DNA of 64,000 nucleotides, taken from Candidatus Thorarchaeota archaeon. GTDB lineage: Archaea; Asgardarchaeota; Thorarchaeia; Thorarchaeales; Thorarchaeaceae. Made by a program: the position numbers and the translations under genes. Under the pieces are notes generated by a model. The model did not search any database, was not told the origin of the DNA, and saw only the letters and a list, made by a program, of their open reading frames with translations. Where the stretch lies: the NCBI GenBank assembly GCA_046482545.1, contig JAWOEX010000038.1:1-64000 (forward strand), written 5' to 3'. Position 1 is the first letter of the stretch. Every line of letters begins with the position of its first letter. This document shows, piece by piece, positions 9,504 through 18,510 of this stretch.

Positions 9504-10583
9504 ATGGAAGATTCGAATACTGCTTTGAAGCGGCCAAGCTATGGCCGGATGGATTGGATTGATGCTACACGCGGCATCGGAGTCATACTTGTCATCCTAG
9601 TTCATAGTATCATTCCGACTGTAAATCCAATAACTATCCATCTCAGCAGTTTTGCTATTCCGCTATTTTTCATATTCTCTGGTATCACCCATAATACCAA
9701 GAAATACCGTAACAATGTCAAAGGATTCTTACAAACGCGTGCCAAGCAGTTACTTATTCCTTACTTCTGTTTGTATGGTGTTGTGTTGATTCTCTTTGTG
9801 CCCTTCTCCTCAGTTCTCGAATTTTCCCTGACTCCAAATGAATTGTTTTTCTGGTTCATCTATGGTAGTGGCCCTCCAAAGTTGACTCTACACTTGTGGT
9901 TCCTGCCTGTGCTGTACTTTGGGATGGCTCTATTTGTTGGTCTAGACTATCTGACACAAGGGCTACCAAGCTCATTTAGGTGGGTACTTGTAGGACTACT
10001 GGTATTCGGTGCAGTCCTATTGCAGTCTTTCTTCAGTCCGATGCTAGTTCCATGGCATCTCAACGCTATTTTCATCTCTTCTGCATTCATCATAATTGGT
10101 AATGAAACACGCCGTTCTCGCGAACTCGATGCATGGTCCTTTGGATCAACAACACTAGATGCTCTGGCACTTGGGATTGGCTCGTTAGCACTTCTTCTCC
10201 TATCTCGGGCAAATGGATTTGTGGACTTAGCAGTAGATAACACCGGAAATAGCATTTGGTTATATTTGGCTACCGGTACGCTAGGGACAGTAATAGTCAC
10301 TCTTGCAACGAATTTGGTCATGGGAACATCCGAAAGAATATGCGGTCTTCTTCTACGGTTTGGGAAACACTCTCAAGAGGTGTATGAGGCCCATCCGCTG
10401 ATTTTCTACCTCGTAGGCCCTGTTATCATGGCGGCAGGAGTATTACTTGGCTGGCTCATCCCTGTTGAACCACTAGGATGGATTATCCGTTTCGTATCCG
10501 CAACAGCTATTACAATTACCTTAACAACCCGACTCATACGAGTAAATGGTACTCTCAGATTCATCTTCACAGGGAGAACATAA
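9504..10583 (+). CDS. Acyltransferase-3 (OafA/YcfT-like) membrane protein
   Basis: RMDWIDATRGIGVILVILVH, PLFFIFSG, LWFL; about 10 TM segments. Confidence 0.85.
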   Translation: MEDSNTALKRPSYGRMDWIDATRGIGVILVILVHSIIPTVNPITIHLSSFAIPLFFIFSGITHNTKKYRNNVKGFLQTRAKQLLIPYFCLYGVVLILFVPFSSVLEFSLTPNELFFWFIYGSGPPKLTLHLWFLPVLYFGMALFVGLDYLTQGLPSSFRWVLVGLLVFGAVLLQSFFSPMLVPWHLNAIFISSAFIIIGNETRRSRELDAWSFGSTTLDALALGIGSLALLLLSRANGFVDLAVDNTGNSIWLYLATGTLGTVIVTLATNLVMGTSERICGLLLRFGKHSQEVYEAHPLIFYLVGPVIMAAGVLLGWLIPVEPLGWIIRFVSATAITITLTTRLIRVNGTLRFIFTGRT

Positions 10584-10680
10584 TTTACTACATTGTTTTA
10601 GGCATCTGCTATTGCAGTCACAGTTAATAACGAAGGCCATCCTGAATTCCTCGGTGCTGTGTTTGCCTTCTGAGGTACAA

Positions 10681-11361
10681 TTGTTTGATTCGATGAAGAA
10701 ACAAATCATGCAGGATGTCTATGAAAAGCGAATGCTTCTCACCTCAGTGCGGGATAAACCAGATGGATGGGAGCTCGTTTCCGGAATCTGGAGTCCATTC
10801 TACATTCAGCTGCGCATCCTCAGCTCATATCCTGAAACGCTGAAGCTGGTTGGGAAGGCTATGAGCATGATGATTGAGGATGAGATGCCAGAAGTTGACA
10901 GAGTGGTAGGTCTTGCATTTGCGGGGATACCTATTGCGACTGCTGTTTCCATGGTTTCCAACATTCCAGCATGCCATACTAGAAAGGTACTAGGCGTCCG
11001 AAGTCAACAAGAGTTGGACGAATATCTGTCAGAGTATGGCCAGCACTCCTTGGTAGAAGGGGTGATTGAATGTGGCGATACCTTGTGCATAGTCGATGAT
11101 TTGGTCACGGGGATGGAAAGCAAGCTACTCGGGCGAGCACAAATTCAGGCGGAAATCGAGAGAAGGGAGCTGGAGGATGTTCGCTGCAATCATGTAGCTG
11201 TTATTGTTGATAGACAGCAAGGTGCCAAGACAAAGGCAGCTAGCGAGGATCTTAATCTTCATTCACTGATTCGATTAGTCAATGAGGGACTTCCGATGAT
11301 TGAGGAATTGATGAATGGGGAAGAATATCTAACCATAATGCAATATCTAGAAGGTGAATGA
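10681..11361 (+). CDS. pyrE: Orotate phosphoribosyltransferase-like type I PRTase
   Basis: LVSGIWSPFYI, PRPP motif IVDDLVTG, IVDRQQG. SD GAGGT precedes TTG 10681. Confidence 0.75.
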   Translation: MFDSMKKQIMQDVYEKRMLLTSVRDKPDGWELVSGIWSPFYIQLRILSSYPETLKLVGKAMSMMIEDEMPEVDRVVGLAFAGIPIATAVSMVSNIPACHTRKVLGVRSQQELDEYLSEYGQHSLVEGVIECGDTLCIVDDLVTGMESKLLGRAQIQAEIERRELEDVRCNHVAVIVDRQQGAKTKAASEDLNLHSLIRLVNEGLPMIEELMNGEEYLTIMQYLEGE

Positions 11362-11427
11362 GGAATCTAGTTCCTGCAAATAAACCGAAACTCCTTTCTT
11401 ATCCGATGATATCATTTCAGTGTTCAT

Positions 11428-11883
11428 ATGAATTCCTCTCAGAAGACAATCGAACAGATGCTGAAAGTAGCATTAGCAACTGCCATCAACCACTTCGATT
11501 ACTATCAAAGAGCAGCTGAAAAAGTAAAAACGCCGAAGGTCAAAGCACTTCTCATGGTGTTGGCAGAATCAGAGGAAGAGCTGATTGACCGTATAGAGGA
11601 CATGCTTGCAACAGGTATTCTGGAAGAGATAGAATCTGTACTGGAATCAGCTGAACTTAACGAAACGCCCAATCCGACACCCTTCGACCTTCAGAGAGCT
11701 GAAACCGACCCCCGTCTTTTTGCTTGTAACAAAGCATTGGAACAGGAAGTGAAGGCATACAACTACTTTCTTTCCTTGGCCGTGAGAATGAAAACGGACC
11801 TTGTTTCTAGATTGTTCGAGTATTTTGCTAGCAGAAAAGCGGCCCAAATAGAGGATATCAGACGCGTGTGTTCCAGCTTCTAG
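11428..11883 (+). CDS. Ferritin-like / rubrerythrin-domain protein
   Basis: Duplicated helix pairs: A..FDYYQRAA...LAESEEE and ALEQEVKAYNYF. The metal ligands look degenerate. Confidence 0.6.
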   Translation: MNSSQKTIEQMLKVALATAINHFDYYQRAAEKVKTPKVKALLMVLAESEEELIDRIEDMLATGILEEIESVLESAELNETPNPTPFDLQRAETDPRLFACNKALEQEVKAYNYFLSLAVRMKTDLVSRLFEYFASRKAAQIEDIRRVCSSF

Positions 11884-12117
11884 ATGCTTCTCTATTGTTC
11901 TTAAATTCAGACAGTCATGTTTTTGGTTCTTAGACCACGTGTTCAAAGAGAATTAGATATGATAATAAATGAAATAAATAACACAATAGATATGTTTATA
12001 TATAATGTAGTATACATAGTATATGTCGAGGCATCATACCCTCTGTAGAGATTACGAGCCCTGTACCGCTCCATCAGAAATGGAGGGGTGAGGGGTATAT
12101 CGGAATTGGTGAAAAGA

Positions 12118-12501
12118 ATGAATACAAAGCAACCTAGATTTATGGCTCCAATACTGCTGGAAAGTTATGAGGAATTCAAGAAATTCGCAGACAAAGCTCC
12201 TGTTGTTACGTACAACACGGAGTATTTCGACAGTCCGTTTCTTGATGATTCGAAGCGGCTGCGCCGTTTAATTCTTCATGCGGTCGGCGTCGAGATGGAT
12301 GGTCTTCCATTGACGTTCAAGTATGTCTTCGAATATGGCGATTTGCTTTCAGGATCGACTGCCTGGGATGAGCAAACGAACGAAGCGGACAGCTATATGC
12401 GGTCTATGCTAGAACATCTCCAGACTGAATACAATTTAATCAAAGGCACTATTGAGACTCCTCAACATAGCTGGAAGAGATTTGCTGTGGCAAAATCATA
12501 G
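12118..12501 (+). CDS. Hypothetical protein
   Basis: ORF downstream of an AT-rich promoter (TTTATATA near 11995). Confidence 0.6.
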   Translation: MNTKQPRFMAPILLESYEEFKKFADKAPVVTYNTEYFDSPFLDDSKRLRRLILHAVGVEMDGLPLTFKYVFEYGDLLSGSTAWDEQTNEADSYMRSMLEHLQTEYNLIKGTIETPQHSWKRFAVAKS

Positions 12502-12584
12502 CTGCTCTTGGATATTTAGAAACATATCCAGCCGGATTGCCTCACCAGTAATATTATCAGTTCCGATTAGAAGAAGAAACTGAA

Positions 12585-13112
12585 ATGACTTCGGAAAAGT
12601 CGAAGCCTGTAGAAGAACTTGTTCCTGAAATTATGAAGCAGTACTCCGAAAAACCCCGTGGCTGGAGAGTACTGAGTACCCCACGAGGCGATATGTTGAT
12701 TCGCGGACCGTCAACTGCTTTTCAATTAAAGCTCATCTCTTTGGGTCCGAAGAGGTTCACTGGTGCCGGTCTTGAAATCCCAAATCCCGATAGAACTCTT
12801 CCACCTGCTGATTCCATTCCTGAATTCGGTTTGCGCCCTCTCAGTGAAACTGACATGACTGACATCTTTGAATCCCTACGCAATCCAGAGAGCTCTAGGA
12901 CAAGTCTTGAGTCCATAATGAAGCGATCCCCAATCGCTCCCCCTGATATCGAAGAGACGAAGGCTGAACACTTGCTCAGCGGGCCTGTCTTACGGAGGCC
13001 TAATTTCGAGTCCATGGATACCAGTATTTCAAAGCTCCAGAGCAAGCTGGAGAAACAAGCTCAGAAGACTTTCGAGAAACGGTACCCAATGCGTGCAGGC
13101 ATGTATTTCTAA
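12585..13112 (+). CDS. Hypothetical archaeal protein
   Basis: 175-aa ORF with typical composition. Confidence 0.65.
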   Translation: MTSEKSKPVEELVPEIMKQYSEKPRGWRVLSTPRGDMLIRGPSTAFQLKLISLGPKRFTGAGLEIPNPDRTLPPADSIPEFGLRPLSETDMTDIFESLRNPESSRTSLESIMKRSPIAPPDIEETKAEHLLSGPVLRRPNFESMDTSISKLQSKLEKQAQKTFEKRYPMRAGMYF

Positions 13113-13182
13113 TGCCCCTAGAACAGATGGAAAAGGACCCTACTTTTAACTTGTCCATGTTGAGTTACAATTTAGAAGAAAA

Positions 13183-13260
13183 TGGTGGGCCGCGCCGGAT
13201 TTGAACCAGCGATCTCCGCACTGTCAATGCGGAATCATAGCCAGGCTAGACCAGCGGCCC
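13183..13260 (-). tRNA. tRNA-Val(GAC)
   Basis: GGGCCGC...CCGCA-TTGACAG-TGCGG...TTCAAAT...GCGGCCC-ACCA. Confidence 0.96.
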
Positions 13261-13334
13261 TTTCTGTACTGAATCGCCCTGCAGTCGATTAAAAACGTTG
13301 CGACATCGTCAGAATGGGAATTCTAGGTACTCTT

Positions 13335-13805
13335 CTACACTCCCGTACTTCCAAAACCGCTTTCACCCCTTTCCGAGTCTGAGAGCTCTTCCACCACTTC
13401 GAATTTGACCTGCGGCACTTGCCTGATTGCGATTTGGCATACCCTCATACCTTTGGTGATGGTGAAAGGTTCCCTTCCGTGATTAATCACGATCACCTTG
13501 ACTTCCCCTCGATATCCACTATCTATTGTTCCTGGACTGTTGACCACACTCAGACCATTCCTCAAGGCCAGTCCACTGCGTGGCCGTACCTGCCCCTCGT
13601 ATCCCTTAGGTATCTCCATAACGAGCCCTGTTGGGATTACCTGCCGCTCACCCGGTTCTAGTGTTACATTGATGACTGAATGGAGGTCGAATGCCACATC
13701 TCCCGCATTGGCGGCCTGTGGAAGTTTGGCGTTTTCTGAAATCAATTTGACACGAACTGTAACGGTTTCATCTGATTGCTCTTTCATGTAGAGGACCATC
13801 CTCAT
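13335..13805 (-). CDS. dut: Trimeric dUTP diphosphatase
   Basis: AFDL, PRSGLA, GTIDSGYRGE, RGESGFGSTG. The start may be 13787. Confidence 0.95.
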   Translation of the reverse strand: MRMVLYMKEQSDETVTVRVKLISENAKLPQAANAGDVAFDLHSVINVTLEPGERQVIPTGLVMEIPKGYEGQVRPRSGLALRNGLSVVNSPGTIDSGYRGEVKVIVINHGREPFTITKGMRVCQIAIRQVPQVKFEVVEELSDSERGESGFGSTGV

Positions 13806-13904
13806 CTGTGCAGGGAGAAGCTTGTGTGCTCACTCGTCCTTCGGTCAAGTCACATCGCTGTTAAGACTTACTACGAAATGCAGGCTCATGAAAAAAGAGC
13901 AATC

Positions 13905-14327
13905 CTACTCTTCACCTTGGCACTTTTGAATCGGCCATATGTACGGTAAATCGTCCGGCACGTCCCAACCGAATTGTGAGTAGTACTCGGGCTCCTTCCG
14001 TAACAGGTTGCTCCTGTGTGCCCTGTGAAACTCCTCGTCACCCAACCATGGCGGATATTCCACCTCAGTCTCATCCACATCGTAGAAGCCCATGTTGTGC
14101 TCATATCCCCTCCTAACCCAGTCCTTTGAAATCGCGTTGTAGTAGAGCTTCAGAGCTTCGACGTGCCCCTTCCACATCTGCACGGCTGGATGGTTATGCC
14201 AACTATCTCGCCTAGTTGTAAGGTTCTTGATAATCTGTTTCGCTTCCACACGCTGCTTGCCGAGACGTTTCCTATCGAGTGTTCTCGCTGATTTATCGAA
14301 ATCTTCGTAGGGCAAAAACGTTTGAAT
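13905..14327 (-). CDS. Pyrimidine-dimer DNA glycosylase / MSMEG_6728-like family protein (apparent ATT start)
   Basis: (I/M)QTFLPYEDF...LDRKRLGKQRVE, HPAVQMWKG, HRSNLLRKEPEYY. Confidence 0.85.
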   Translation of the reverse strand: MQTFLPYEDFDKSARTLDRKRLGKQRVEAKQIIKNLTTRRDSWHNHPAVQMWKGHVEALKLYYNAISKDWVRRGYEHNMGFYDVDETEVEYPPWLGDEEFHRAHRSNLLRKEPEYYSQFGWDVPDDLPYIWPIQKCQGEE

Positions 14328-14372
14328 GGTGATTTCCCTCTTGTAGTTTCCTTGGTTTCAGAATAGAAAAGA

Positions 14373-14481
14373 TGGTGCCGAGGGCCCGATTTGAACGAGC
14401 GACAACGCGGTTTCAGCTACACGCACACTGAATGTACGTGAGTCTTCAGCCGCGCGATCTCCCAGGCTGATCTACCTCGGC
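14373..14481 (-). tRNA. tRNA-Phe(GAA) with a 32-nt intron at 37/38 (14412-14443)
   Basis: CGCGG-CTGAAG-[intron hairpin]-A-CCGCG, a normal T arm and CCA. The BHB central helix is imperfect. Confidence 0.9.
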
Positions 14482-14582
14482 GAAATTTTTTGCTGCTAGA
14501 CTGTGTTACTACACAGACACACCTTTCGGTGGTAACAAAAAAGCCACCATCTTGTGATATAAAACTAGCGGCATGAAGATGC

Positions 14583-15071
14583 CTACGAGATTTCTTCCAC
14601 CGCTTTCTTGACCTCGTCAAAGGGTGGCAATTTGGATGGATTATCACTTATCCACGCATATGAAATTGTGCCATCCTGCTTGACAACGAAGACTGCACGC
14701 TTGGCTACGTTCTCCATACCAAGAAGGTCGTCAAGCACGACATCATACTCCTCAATGACTTGCTTGCTCCAATCTGACAGAAGTGGGAATTGGATGTCAT
14801 GCTTATCCTTGAAGGCGGCATTGCTGAATATACCATCAACTGATATACCCAGCACTTGTGCACCTAGCTTGTTGTATTCTGACAAGGCATCTCTGAATGT
14901 ACAGAGTTCTTCAGTACATACCGATGAGAAAGCCGCAGGAAAGAACACCAAAACAACCGGTCCTTGTTGCAGCTCCTCACCAAGTGTAATTTCTTCTCCT
15001 GGTTCACCAGTCCATGCTTTCAGGAGTGTAAAATCTGGCGCCTTGTCTCCAATCTCAAGTTTATTACTCAT
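14583..15071 (-). CDS. Peroxiredoxin (AhpE/BCP-like)
   Basis: FFPAAFSSVCTEELC, FPLLSD, RAVFVV. Confidence 0.9.
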   Translation of the reverse strand: MSNKLEIGDKAPDFTLLKAWTGEPGEEITLGEELQQGPVVLVFFPAAFSSVCTEELCTFRDALSEYNKLGAQVLGISVDGIFSNAAFKDKHDIQFPLLSDWSKQVIEEYDVVLDDLLGMENVAKRAVFVVKQDGTISYAWISDNPSKLPPFDEVKKAVEEIS

Positions 15072-15157
15072 ATAATCCCTTCAATATAGTTAACAATCAA
15101 ACTTACTTAAGAATTGGGTTTTGTGACCCGCGAGTACAAATGCTAGCTTCTGATCGT

Positions 15158-15676
15158 TCACTTGAGCTTGTGATTCAGGTAGGATGCAGTAATAGCTGTT
15201 AGAATCGCGGCTGCATTCAACCCAAGGGGATACTGGTATAGCGAATCGAGAAATGAGAGTGTTGCCAGCCAACCTGGAAGGTTGTACGCACCTGCTATGC
15301 CGAACGGCGCGAAGTAGAACATCAGGAAGACGCATGTGAGCAATCCAACACCTGCAAATGCCGGTAGGTCCTCTTTGGAACGAATAAACATTGAGAGTTT
15401 ACGGATAGGACCAGCTTGTGCTCGTTGGCGTTTCCTTACCCTCCTTTTTGACGCAAGATTTGCCCATCGATACATGGCTTCAGCCATAATGATGTACGAT
15501 CCTCCAAGCACAGCCATCGCCCCGAGTGCTACTATAAGCTGGAGTTCTGCACTAAGAACTTGGACGTATCTTTGAGCATGCCACATCACGGGAATCTGGA
15601 CGAAGCCAGCAATGCCGAGGAATATCATTATCAAACCCGGCTTACTGCCGCGTCGCCACCAAATTGCTATGCTCAT
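15158..15676 (-). CDS. Hypothetical membrane protein (about 4 TM)
   Basis: Hydrophobic segments separated by a basic loop. Confidence 0.65.
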   Translation of the reverse strand: MSIAIWWRRGSKPGLIMIFLGIAGFVQIPVMWHAQRYVQVLSAELQLIVALGAMAVLGGSYIIMAEAMYRWANLASKRRVRKRQRAQAGPIRKLSMFIRSKEDLPAFAGVGLLTCVFLMFYFAPFGIAGAYNLPGWLATLSFLDSLYQYPLGLNAAAILTAITASYLNHKLK

Positions 15677-15744
15677 TTTTGTCTACCTGCTTTTGCGATT
15701 AAACGTTCAGCATCTGGCTGACCACTTTAAGCTTTTGGAAAGGT

Positions 15745-16323
15745 TTAGGTTCCATTATCCTTTGCAGAATCGATTCTGAACCAGTAGGCATGCTCTTCGG
15801 TATTAGTGATTGAAAAACCTGCTTCACGAAGCGCTTGTTCAGTTTCACCTAGAGTTTGGGTTTGATTTCCCATGAGCCCGTATCCCGTCTGCGATATTGT
15901 GCCATCGGGCAGCTCAAAGCGTACCCGTAGTATATGCTTCTCATGTTGGTTACCTATTTCTGCACCCAGTACAGAAAGAACACCATTGGTTGAAAGAGCT
16001 CTGTAAGCTTCTCGAATAACTGCTTTCTTTTTGTTCCAAGTTTGCATATAGGCAAGTGAAAACCAGAGTGAGACTGCGCCGAATGCACCACCCTCAAAGC
16101 ATAATTTGGCACCGTCACAAACAAACCAATTGGTTCGTCCTACAGGATAGATGTATGCCTGCCTGATTTTGTTCAGATGGATGTCTACTGCACATACTCT
16201 TTCGCACCAGATTCTTGAGACAATCCCTTCCCCACCCCCTCCAATATCAAGAATCAAACCGTCATCCGGCAAGCTGGGGAGAGTAATCTTCTGGATTGGG
16301 GTTCGCATCACTTCTGTATTCAT
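15745..16323 (-). CDS. Class I SAM-dependent methyltransferase
   Basis: ILDIGGGGEG and EAYRALSTNGVL. Confidence 0.8.
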   Translation of the reverse strand: MNTEVMRTPIQKITLPSLPDDGLILDIGGGGEGIVSRIWCERVCAVDIHLNKIRQAYIYPVGRTNWFVCDGAKLCFEGGAFGAVSLWFSLAYMQTWNKKKAVIREAYRALSTNGVLSVLGAEIGNQHEKHILRVRFELPDGTISQTGYGLMGNQTQTLGETEQALREAGFSITNTEEHAYWFRIDSAKDNGT

Positions 16324-16413
16324 CCATTCTCTTCCTCACACAGATGAGGGTACTCCACAATTCTTTTAACAGTCCTCTTTGCGAGAATTAAATGCACTTG
16401 GAGTATGAAAAGT

Positions 16414-16519
16414 GGGCCGGTAGTTCAGCCTGGTAGAATGCCTCCTTGGCACTTGTCAAGCGTTAGCTTGATCTCCAAAATGGAGGAGGTCACGTGTTCA
16501 AATCACGTCCGGTCCACCA
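16414..16519 (+). tRNA. tRNA-Ala(GGC) with a 29-nt BHB intron at 37/38 (16452-16480)
   Basis: CCTCC-TTGGCA-[intron]-T-GGAGG. BHB central helix TTGG/CCAA; G3:U70; CCA. Confidence 0.95.
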
Positions 16520-16600
16520 TTAAAAACTTGACAATTTCCGTTTCTTCTTAATCCATCAAAGCTGACAAGACTATTAATTTACAAATCTCAAGGGCAATTC

Positions 16601-16804
16601 ATGCCGATTGTTGAAATCAAGTTATGGACAGGCGTATCTAAAGATGCTGTAGAACAAATCATCCCCGGAGTTACGAAAGTTTTCGTTGGGTTAGGAATTC
16701 CGGAACGAGCGGTCGAAGTTATTGTTCAAGAAGTCCCAAAGACCCACTGGGGGATTGAGGGAAAACCAGCTTCAAAAGTGATGGGTGACGAGAAGCCACC
16801 CTAA
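16601..16804 (+). CDS. 4-oxalocrotonate tautomerase family protein
   Basis: N-terminal Pro, VEVIVQEVPKTHWGIEGK, 67 aa. Confidence 0.88.
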   Translation: MPIVEIKLWTGVSKDAVEQIIPGVTKVFVGLGIPERAVEVIVQEVPKTHWGIEGKPASKVMGDEKPP

Positions 16805-16872
16805 GGGCTTCTTGGATAAACTATCAAATCCATACACTTTGAGTAAATTATTATCTAGAGAATTGAGGGGTC

Positions 16873-17013
16873 GAAGTGGAGGATTTCCGTAAGATTTCAG
16901 ATAAACCGATGGACACGTCGAAGACAGTTCATCTGGCTTCTCTCTTCTCCAACAGTAGGGACTTTTATTGCGCCTGCTTCAAGCAGTTCACTCAATTGTA
17001 AGAAATGTCTCAT
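16873..17013 (+). mobile_element. Putative ends-only mini-element (PATE/MITE-like) of the same IS family (copy 3)
   Basis: The left motif GAAGTG-N10-GTAAGATTTC matches 24233-24258. The right motif 16976-17013 aligns gaplessly with the terminal hairpin of copies 1 and 2 (about 26/38 to copy 2). Confidence 0.45.
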
Positions 17014-17117
17014 AGAAATACATTGCAGCTATATGAATCTATCATCGAACATTCTATTTACTCCTCTTATGTAGGATTCATATACATATCACCTCGGATA
17101 CTTCTACAGTGATTATG

Positions 17118-18405
17118 ATGGTTGATTACAAGGTGAAAGACATGGATTTGGCCGAGGAAGGCAGGTCTCTGATTGAGTATGCAGAGACGCATATGCCGGT
17201 TCTCATGCATTTGCGAGAGAAATACTCAGAGTCGAAACCGCTCGAAGGAATGAGAATCTCTGGCTGTCTTCATGTAACAAAGGAGACCGCCGTGCTTGTA
17301 GAGACACTACGGGCGGTCGGTGCTCAAGTAGCATGGTCTGGTTGCAACCCTTTGTCAACGAATGACAAGGTAGCAGCAGCTCTTGCGGCAAATGACGTCC
17401 CCGTTTTTGCGTGGCACGGGCTTGATACCGAGGACTACTACTGGTGTATCGAACAAACACTCAAGATTGAGCCGACAATGACATTGGATGATGGAGCAGA
17501 TTTGATTTTTACACTGCATAACAAGCATACAGAACTCATTGAGAATCTGTATGGCGGCGCAGAAGAAACAACTACTGGAGTCATCCGTGTCAGAGCAATG
17601 GCAAAAGATGGTGCACTCAAGTATCCAATCATGGCAGTCAACGATGCTGATACCAAGCACCTGTTTGACAATGTATACGGTACTGGACAAAGCTCCTTTG
17701 ATGGAGTGTTGCGAGCATCTGCCATTCTGATAGCCGGGAAGACTGCTGTGATTGGTGGCTATGGGTACTGTGGACGAGGTCTTGCAACCCGAGCTGATGG
17801 TCTTGGGGCAAATGTCATTGTTACAGAAGTGGATCCGGTGAGAGCACTCAAGGCGCGCATGGACGGGTTCAGAGTGATGCCAATGATTGACGCAGCCCCT
17901 GAGGGGGATTTGTTCATCACAGCAACGGGCATGCGAGATGTCATCACTAAGGAGCATATGGAAGTGATGAAAGATGGAGCAATCCTCGGAAATGCCGGTC
18001 ATTATGATGTCGAGGTCAACAAGAATCATCTTGAGGACCTAGCTAAGACCAAGGAAAGGGTAAGACACGCACTTGATGCATACAGACTCAAAGATGGACG
18101 TACGATCTATCTGCTCGGTGATGGACGGCTGGTTAATTTGGTCGCTGCAGAAGGACATCCTAGTGAGAAGCTGGCATTTGTTGCCGCTTCCTAGAAAGGT
18201 CATGGACCTGTCCTTTGCAGCCCAGCTTAACGCAATGCTATGGTTGAAAGAGCGTGGTAAGAATCTGGAACCGGATGTCTATGAATTTCCCAAGGAACTG
18301 GATCGACAGACTGCGAGACAGAAGCTGGAAACCATGGGCATTGACATTGACACACTCAATGCTAAACAGCAAGAATATGCCACTTCATATGCAGAAGGAA
18401 CATGA
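17118..18405 (+). CDS. ahcY: Adenosylhomocysteinase, split by an intron: join(17118..18165,18197..18405), 418 aa
   Basis: GCLHVT, GCNPLST, EETTTG, KHLFDNVYGTGQS, GYGYCGRG, GRLVNL. The spliced junction gives AAEGHPSEVMDLSFAAQ, and the C-terminus ends YATSYAEGT. Confidence 0.95.
18166..18196 (+). other. Bulge-helix-bulge (EndA-type) intron in ahcY mRNA, 31 nt
   Basis: Central helix CUAG/CUAG, bulges UG^A and AA^A, flanking helices GAAGC/GCUUC and AUC/GGU. Removal restores both the frame and the conserved motif. Confidence 0.88.
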
Positions 18406-18510
18406 AAAAGGACGGACAAATAGCTTCTGTCCGCTTGTATGTTGGAAGATGGGCAATTGCATCCAGCTGTAATTCTTTCATCCATCTGATAGAAGGAGAG
18501 GCATCATGCA

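Noticed and set aside
17014-17117. SAH/SAM riboswitch upstream of ahcY
   Set aside because: The region is AT-rich with one inverted repeat (ATATGAATCT/GGATTCATAT), and I see no riboswitch consensus.
17109-18405. ahcY as a frameshifted pseudogene or sequencing error, or the TAG as pyrrolysine readthrough
   Set aside because: The break is a 31-nt insert with exact BHB geometry, and both exons are intact. Readthrough would not fix the frame.
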